Assembly: GCA_965218975.1 (NCBI GenBank)
Contig: OZ244717.1
Coordinates: 672,001-736,000, forward strand
From: Candidatus Oxydemutatoraceae bacterium
GTDB taxonomy: Bacteria > Pseudomonadota > Gammaproteobacteria > Poriferisulfidales > Oxydemutatoraceae
Length of the DNA stretch: 64,000 nucleotides
Direction of reading: 5' to 3'
Notes under the pieces: model-generated
Databases searched by the model: none
Told to the model about the DNA's origin: nothing
The model's input: the letters and a program-made list of their open reading frames with translations, nothing else
In this document: positions 63,801 to 64,000 of the stretch, one piece after another
Layout: every line of letters begins with the position of its first letter
How positions within the stretch are numbered: the stretch's first letter is position 1
Made by a program: the position numbers and the translations under genes

Positions 63801-64000
63801 GACGATTCAGATTGTCAATGACATCGTTTTTGAGTTAGATGACGAGATCTTTTCGGTGGTGATTAACGATGTAACGGCGGCGGCTTCCAGCGACACGGTC
63901 GTGATTGATCAAGACGAAGCGACGGTTACCATCGTTGATGACGGCGGCACACCGATTTGGGTATTGGACCGGTTGCCGAGTTCTGTCGGTGAAAGCACGG
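42859..64000 (+). CDS. Giant secreted multidomain surface protein/adhesin (>7,000 aa, 3' end outside window): novel Cys domain x3, FN3, 24-aa LRR blocks x4, PKD-like x4, propeller-containing FN3 x2, Calx-beta, cadherin units x12
   Basis: ATG 42859 after GAGGGAG RBS; MLRNIALMQVVLLDKNSKILLLGVLSGLFLAGTRLQA|QET signal; frame +1 reads as sensible domains wherever checked up to 64000; absent from the ORF track, consistent with no stop in the window. Confidence 0.92.
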   Translation, partial: MLRNIALMQVVLLDKNSKILLLGVLSGLFLAGTRLQAQETSDTLTIMTMSVDPALNAFEESVTVKEHQPFLVFTTYTAQRLATESMNLSLEVTREDSTVLPAGDLPDDGLRKTLTVTTGTTTQSFLQLGFAPDLDENADYQYRYCAANGTCSSTLTVSYLTAEAPTTDVTAISPRWKDVLSDQSVITGDCFIGSNVETVANLTQENNTVRFGRIARVDNMLPPRGGVSGLMYSFGFLEDDFSDGTYGEIASGSFDASKQELALSAKWWWTNGSDSAEPTCSGSYTRTLTPLPATVPETATTPSAPLDVQVQVPEEPFRVVTWSVPDNDGGAPITAYRIYWRKTDEQQEQSEVVFTNIHSFLIEIDPDAGYVFAVTAWNELGEGERSAAVSPPASPISLTATPGNEGVGLEWAPPGDIGGSAITHYQYRQRAGSEDFGQWINIPDSDDADSNAGNETRSTVTSLTNGIAYTFQVRAVNVAGAGEATDEVTTIAGEVGICDRTPQVQEAILNALPSVTDCTVVAHINLNSLTGELDLIGKGITALKVGDFVGLATLTTLGLGANQLTSLPAGVFDDLISLTTLGLGTNQLTSLPPRIFNDLSSLTTLDLGSNQLTSLPPRVFDDLSSLTELDLGSNQLTSLPPRIFDDLSSLTELDLGSNQLSSLPASVFDDLGFLIMLDLGSNQLSSLPAGVFDDLGFLIMLGLGSNQLSSLPVGIFDDLGSLRTLFLDRNKLSSLPAGIFDSLSSLEILILNVNALTEMGLPDSIFERLTSLIIISFFSNPGSDSFVPSADAGSNRTVDVGEVVMLDATATDAGPFGSNVSFAWLQDESDSVSVTLTATATVMPTFTVPAGTPDGTMFRFDLEVIGGNKFGTLDDSFRQGLTDRDSVRVTVRIPPGAPTSLTATPGNGQVELGWVPGDVGGSAITHYQYRQRAAGEGFGAWTNISDSDDAGSNAGNETRSIVTSLTNGVAYTFQVRAVNAAGAGEATNRVTAIAGTGFGICARTPVVQGRILRRLSSRTDCAAVTEADLNSLAGELDLSERRITGLRVGDFNDLGSLTTLDLQDNQLSSLPAGIFDDLGSLITLDLEFNQLSSLPAGVFDSLNSLETLNLRVNALRKAGLPDDIFDNLGSLTELDFGFNQLSSLPVDIFDFLSSLKTLKLNSNRLTERGLPDGIFDNLGSLTTLDLGFNRFPSLPASIFDDLAALTTLDLAANQLSSLPEDIFDDLDSLTTLDLEDNRLSSLPAGIFDDLSSLRMLFLTRNGLSSLPDGIFERLTSLEEITLGRNPGSDSFIPSADAGFDRLAGAGEVVMLDATATDGGPFGSNLSFAWSQNESDSTPVTLTGADTATPTFTVPADVPDGTVFRFNLTVTGGNKFGTLNDSSRRNLTDRDSVRVTVMTPPGALTSLTATPGNGQVELEWVPGGAGGSAITRYEYRQRSAGEDFGAWINIPDGDDVDSAADNETYFTITGLTNGIAYTFQVRAVNAAGAGAALSTVSVTLPKIGQEASDIAVLTASSNLALDTRDITVSEHQPFLVFTTYTTQRPSTESMNLSLEVTREDSTVLSAGDLPDDGLRKTLLVTTGTTTQSFLQLGFAPDLDENADYQYRYCAANGTCSSTLTVSYLTAEAPTTDVTAISPRWKDALSDQSVITGNCSAGLNVETVANLTQENNTVRFGDIAPADNVLPPRGGVSGLMYSFGFLNDDFSGGTYGEIASGNFDASKQELVLSAKWWWTNGSDSAEPTCSGSYTSTLTPLPTTVPETATTPSAPLNLQVQVFEEFPGVLITWSAPDDGGAPITDYRVYWRRTDEQQEQSKTVFPSNNQYFLAGIDPDADYAFAVTAWNELGEGERSTIDTLTIMTTSVDPALNAFEESVTVKEHQPFLVFTTYTAQRLATESMNLSLEVTREDSTVLPAGDLPDDGLRKTLTVTTGTTTQSFLQLGFAPDLDENADYQYRYCAASGTCSSTLTVSYLTAEAPTTDVTAISPRWKDVLSDQSVITGDCFIGSNVETVANLTQENNTVRFGRIARVDNMLPPRGGVSGLMYSFGFLADDFSDGTYGEIASGSFDASKQELALSAKWWWTNGSDSAEPTCSGSYTRTLTPLPATVPETATTPSAPLDVQVQVPEEPFRVVTWSVPDNDGGAPITAYRIYWRKTDEQQEQSEVVFTNIHSFLIEIDPDAGYVFAVTAWNELGEGERSAAVSPPASPISLTATPGNEEVGLEWAPPGDIGGSAITHYQYRQRAGSEDFGQWINIPDSDDADSNAGNETRSTVTSLTNGIAYTFQVRAVNVAGAGEATDEVTTIAGEVGICDRTPQVQEAILNALPSVTDCTVVAHINLNSLTGELDLIGKGITALKVGDFVGLATLTTLGLGANQLTSLPAGVFDDLISLTTLGLGANQLTSLPAGVFDDLISLTTLGLGTNQLTSLPPRIFNDLSSLTTLDLGSNQLTSLPPRVFDDLSSLTELDLGSNQLTSLPPRIFDDLSSLTELDLGSNQLSSLPASVFDDLGFLIMLDLGSNQLSSLPAGVFDDLGFLIMLGLGSNQLSSLPVGIFDDLGSLRTLFLDRNKLSSLPAGIFDSLSSLEILILNVNALTEMGLPDSIFERLTSLIIISFFSNPGSDSFVPSADAGSDRTVDVGEVVMLDATATDAGPFGSNVSFAWLQDESDSVSVTLTATATVMPTFTVPAGTPDGTMFRFDLEVIGGNKFGTLDDSFRQGLTDRDSVRVTVRIPPGAPTSLTATPGNGQVELGWVPGDVGGSAITHYQYRQRAAGEGFGAWTNISDSDDAGSNAGNETRSIVTSLTNGVAYTFQVRAVNAAGAGEATNRVTAIAGTGFGICARTPVVQGRILRRLSSRTDCAAVTEADLNSLAGELDLSERRITGLRVGDFNDLGSLTTLDLQDNQLSSLPAGIFDDLGSLITLDLEFNQLSSLPAGVFDSLNSLETLNLRVNALRKAGLPDDIFDNLGSLTELDFGFNQLSSLPVDIFDFLSSLKTLKLNSNRLTERGLPDGIFDNLGSLTTLDLGFNQLSNLPAGVFDNLVSLATLDLGFNQLSSLPDGIFDNLGFLKTLDLANTQLSSLSDGIFNNLGSLETLFLGFNQLSSLPDGIFNNLNSLTVLDLGGNQLSNLPAGVFDDLGSLTGLYLDRNELSSLPAGVFDFLSSLERLILNVNALTETGLPDGIFERLISLRVISLLNSPGTDSFIPSADAGFDRTAAASEVVMLDATATDGGPFGSNLSFAWSQNESDSTPVTLTGADTATPTFTVPADVPDGTVFRFNLTVVGGNKFRTLDGSSRRRLTDRDSMKVTAGIPPGVPQNVMLEAGDTTVTVTWAASDLATGSAPDTYRVRWLSENQQIGTATVAAISYQVYGFARHVGSVGPGFNVDEFDPGGLASHGGQLYLIGLSGFYTLDPETGVTVRIGSGRFNIGVGGFDPGGLVSHNGTLYMVGTDGETRLYTLDPGTGTAEQVGAADQFNVGESDPNGLASHNGMLYMVGARNDALYTLNPETGIASQVGPAGFNVGESSPGGLASHNGVLYMVGSNGDALYTLNPRTGIASQVGAADQFNIGESVPSGLTSHNGILYMVGADADTLYQLHSESGRYTIEDLTNDTEYTIEVAAVINAVAATTAAAVTVTPTVPQPPPLPSTPQNVMLEAGNKTITVTWVASDLATGGAPDTYRVRWLSEGQQIGTATTAAISYRIYGFARQVGNVGPGFNVVEFEPTGLASHGDQLYMVGRQREALFTLDPGTGIADQVGPRRFDVGERFPTGLALHNGTLYMLGSNPPSDPSLYTLDPETGIASLVVSVGISYAGGLASHGDQLYMVGGIDLGNPALYTLDPKTGAADQVGTADQFNVNENLPSGLVSHDGTLYMVGAAEYMAGDADRAALYTLDPETGVAEQVGAADRFNVGEGTPSGLASHNGILYMVGSDTDTLYRLHSQSGRYTIMGLINGTEYTIEVAAVNAAGATTAAAVTTTPNVPTFTVSFDPSEYTVSEGAGGDSSGELTLTLKLISAGRPPRGDVTVTVSTRDGSALAVEDYDPPLNNEEVVFSSAAGVTESSQTISIRIVNNIVQEHGDELFDHESFSVVITDVTAAHSDDTVVIGQGEATVAIVNDDPSPIWSLDMLPSTVGEGMDTVVPIVMRRMHHIDRGHPLTLELGGTATFGEDYVITDMQDNPFALPLTFTAPHIVVPDPTYRARLMIMDDLVFEGVETIEIRLTTTHPSVFTDDTSQTITITDNDADAAPVFTSSESFEINEGQTLVGTVAAADANPQDEVTYSVTGGADQDQFTIDSSSGELIFTTAPDYENPADADGDNVYMLTVAASGGTSARALTTTQAITVMVLDVATTITVTAEEPAVTEGEPTVFVFERTDSTDALDLLVNVTVVATDDEMLADAAPSRVTFAAGSATTVLSLATVIDEMIGDRTVMVTVNDGMGYEVGIENSAEVRVINVNVAPVFTSSESFEVNEGQTVVGTVTAADANPQDEVTYSVTGGADEALFTFADSSSGELIFTTAPDYENPADADTDNVYMLIVTAAGGTDARALTTTQAITVTVLDVATTITIAAAEPAVTEGEPAVFVFERTDSTDALALAVNITVDDPDGVLAAAAPEMVTFAAGSATAELSLATDDDTLEEDDSVVTVTIIDGADYRIGIENSTSVRVVDDDVNVAPAFISAASFEVNEGQTVVGTVTAADANIEDEVMYSVTGDGVDDALFAINSSSGELSFVTAPDFENPVDTDEDNNYMLTVTASGGTDARALTTTQAITVAVLDVATTITIMAAEPVVMEGEPAVFTFSRTDATEAPVLAVNITVDDPDGVLAAAAPEMVTFAAGSATAALSLATDDDTLEEDDSTVTVTVVATTDYEVGIENSAEVRVVDNDVNVAPVFTSSASFDVNEGETVVGTVTAEDANIEDEVTYSVTGGADQDQFTIDLSSGELSFATVPDYENPADADTDNVYMLIVTAIGGTDARALTTTQVITVTVLDVPTTITIAAAEPAVTEGEPAVFVFERTDSTEAPVLAVNIIVDDPDGVLAAAAPSRVTFAAGSATTVLSLATVIDEMIGDRTVMVTVNDGMGYEVGIENSASVRVVDDDVNVAPAFTSAASFDVNEGETVVGTVTAEDANPQDEVTYSVTGGADGTLFTIDPSSGELSFATAPDYENPADADTDNVYMLIVTAAGGTDARALTTTQAITVTVLDVATTITITADDAEVTEGEQAMFTLERTDATDAPVLAVNITVDDPGGVLAAAAPEMVTFNAGSATAELSLATDDDTLDEADSVVTVTIIDGVGYRIGIENSASVRVVDNDVNVAPVFSDPVSFEVNEGQTVVGTVTAADANPQDEATYSVTGGADEALFTIDSSSGELIFTTAPDYENPTDADGDNAYMLTVAAIGGTNVRALTTTQAITVTVLDVPTTITITADKAEVTEGEPATFTLERTDATDAPVLAVNITVDDPDGVLAAAAPGMMTFDADSATAMLNLATIDDTLEEDDSVVTVTIIDGADYRIGIENSASVRVVDDDVNVAPAFSDPVSFEVDEGQTVVGTVTAEDANMGDEVTYSVTGGADGTLFTIDPSSGELSFATAPDYENPVDADTDNVYMLIVTAIGGTGVRALTTTQAITVMVLDVATTITVTAEEPAVTEGEPAVFVFERTDSTDALALTVNITVDDPGGVLADAAPGMVTFDAGSATAVLSLATIDDTLEEADSVVTVTIIDGVGYRIGIENSASVRVVDDDVNVAPAFTSAASFDVNEGETVVGTVTAEDANPQDEVTYSVTGGADGTLFTIDPSSGELSFAAAPDFENPTDADGDNAYMLTVAAIGGTNVRALTTTQAITVTVLDVPTTITITADKAEVTEGEPATFTLERTDSMDASTLTVNITVDDPDGVLAAAAPEMVTFAAGSATAELSLATDDDMLEEDDSVVTVTVIGGAGYRIGIENSASVRVVDDDVNVAPAFTSAASFDVNEGETVVGTVTAEDANPQDEVTYSVTGGADDALFDIDSSLGELIFTTAPDYENPTDADTDNVYMLIVTVAGGTDARALTTTQAITVTVLDVATTITITADDAEVTEGKPVMFTFERTDSTDAPALTVNITVDDPGGVLADAAPGMVTFAVGSARTVLSLATIDEMIGDRTVMVTVNDGMGYEVGIENSAEVRVIDVNVAPVFSDAVSFDVNEGETVVGTVTAEDANIEDEVTYSITGGTDGALFTIDPSSGELSFATAPDYENPADADTDNVYMLIVTAAGGTDARALTTTQAITVTVLDVATTITITADDAEVTEGEQAMFTLERTDSTDALALTVNITVVATDDEVLADAAPGMVTFDAGSARTVLSLATIDDTLEEDDSTVTVTVVDSTDYEVGIENSASVRVVDDDVNVAPAFTSAASFDVNEGETVVGTVTAEDANPQDEVTYSVTGDGADDALFAIDSSSGELSFATVPDYENPADADTDNVYMLIVTAAGGTDARALTTTQAITVTVLDVATTITIAADDAEVTEGEPVMFTFERTDSTDALALTVNIMVDDPDGVLADAAPGMVTFDAGSARTVLSLATIDDTLEEDDSVVTVTIIDGAGYRIGIENSASVHVVDDDVNVAPAFTSAASFDVNEGETVVGTVTAEDANPQDEVTYSVTGGAGTLFTIDSSSGELSFATAPDYENPADADTDNVYMLIVTVAGGTDARALTTTQAITVTVLDVATTITITADDAEVTEGEPVMFTFERTDSTDAPTLTVNITIDATDEVLADAAPGMVTFDAGSARTVLSLATIDDTLEEDDSTVTVTVVATTDYEVGIESSAEVRVVDNDAVPGAPMNLTAGAGNTRVALSWEAPADPGTAPIERYEYRASNDAGTIGDQEWNAAGDATGEVRTQIVSSLSNDTEYTFEVRAVSAAGNGAAAQIMATPSSETAVFTLTFDPSEYTFTESAERVTLTLRLIGEGRALQDDVTVTVSTRDGSAVTPQDYVAIENATVVFEPEEGVTELTQTVTIQIVNDIVFELDDEIFSVVINDVTAAASSDTVVIDQDEATVTIVDDGGTPIWVLDRLPSSVGEST
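42980..51930 (+). repeat. Intragenic duplication: ~42980-46430 repeated at ~48413-51930
   Basis: Offset 5433, changing to 5505 after one extra 72-bp LRR (visible in paired antisense ORFs 43919/49352 and 44798/50303). Confidence 0.9.
55575..63265 (+). repeat. 12 tandem ~640-bp cadherin + Calx-beta-like units
   Basis: APxF...NEGxTVVGTV...PDYENPxD.D.DNxY units begin near 55575, 56215, 56860, 57505, 58143, 58786, 59428, 60070, 60712, 61340, 61987, 62630. Confidence 0.9.

Overview
Gammaproteobacterial chromosome segment. Core backbone: radC-coaBC-dut-pmm/pgm-argB-pyrE ... xth-ampG-engB-cytochrome c4-dsbA-gmk, plus a PQQ alcohol dehydrogenase/cytochrome c/ExbB-like cluster at the left end. It is heavily interrupted by accessory and repetitive DNA: (i) an ~8.5-copy tandem array of a ~248-bp unit copied from the 3' end of a PQQ sugar dehydrogenase gene; (ii) a ~14.4-kb island between pyrE and xth with three membrane-anchored pentapeptide-repeat paralogs whose repeats vary at fixed positions, several small coiled-coil/TM (CCDC90/DUF1640-like) genes and remnants, an IS1634 element, a class-3 lipase and a 2.95-kb tandem duplication; (iii) two families of dispersed palindromic non-coding elements (called A and C here) that repeatedly abut AT-rich accessory genes; (iv) a giant secreted ORF missing from the ORF track (42859 to beyond the window end, >7,000 aa) built from FN3, 24-aa LRR, PKD-like, beta-propeller, Calx-beta and 12 cadherin-containing units. 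The eukaryote-like repeat content suggests a host-associated (e.g. sponge) symbiont; that is inference. All calls were made by eye from motifs; no searches were run and repeat/domain boundaries are approximate.
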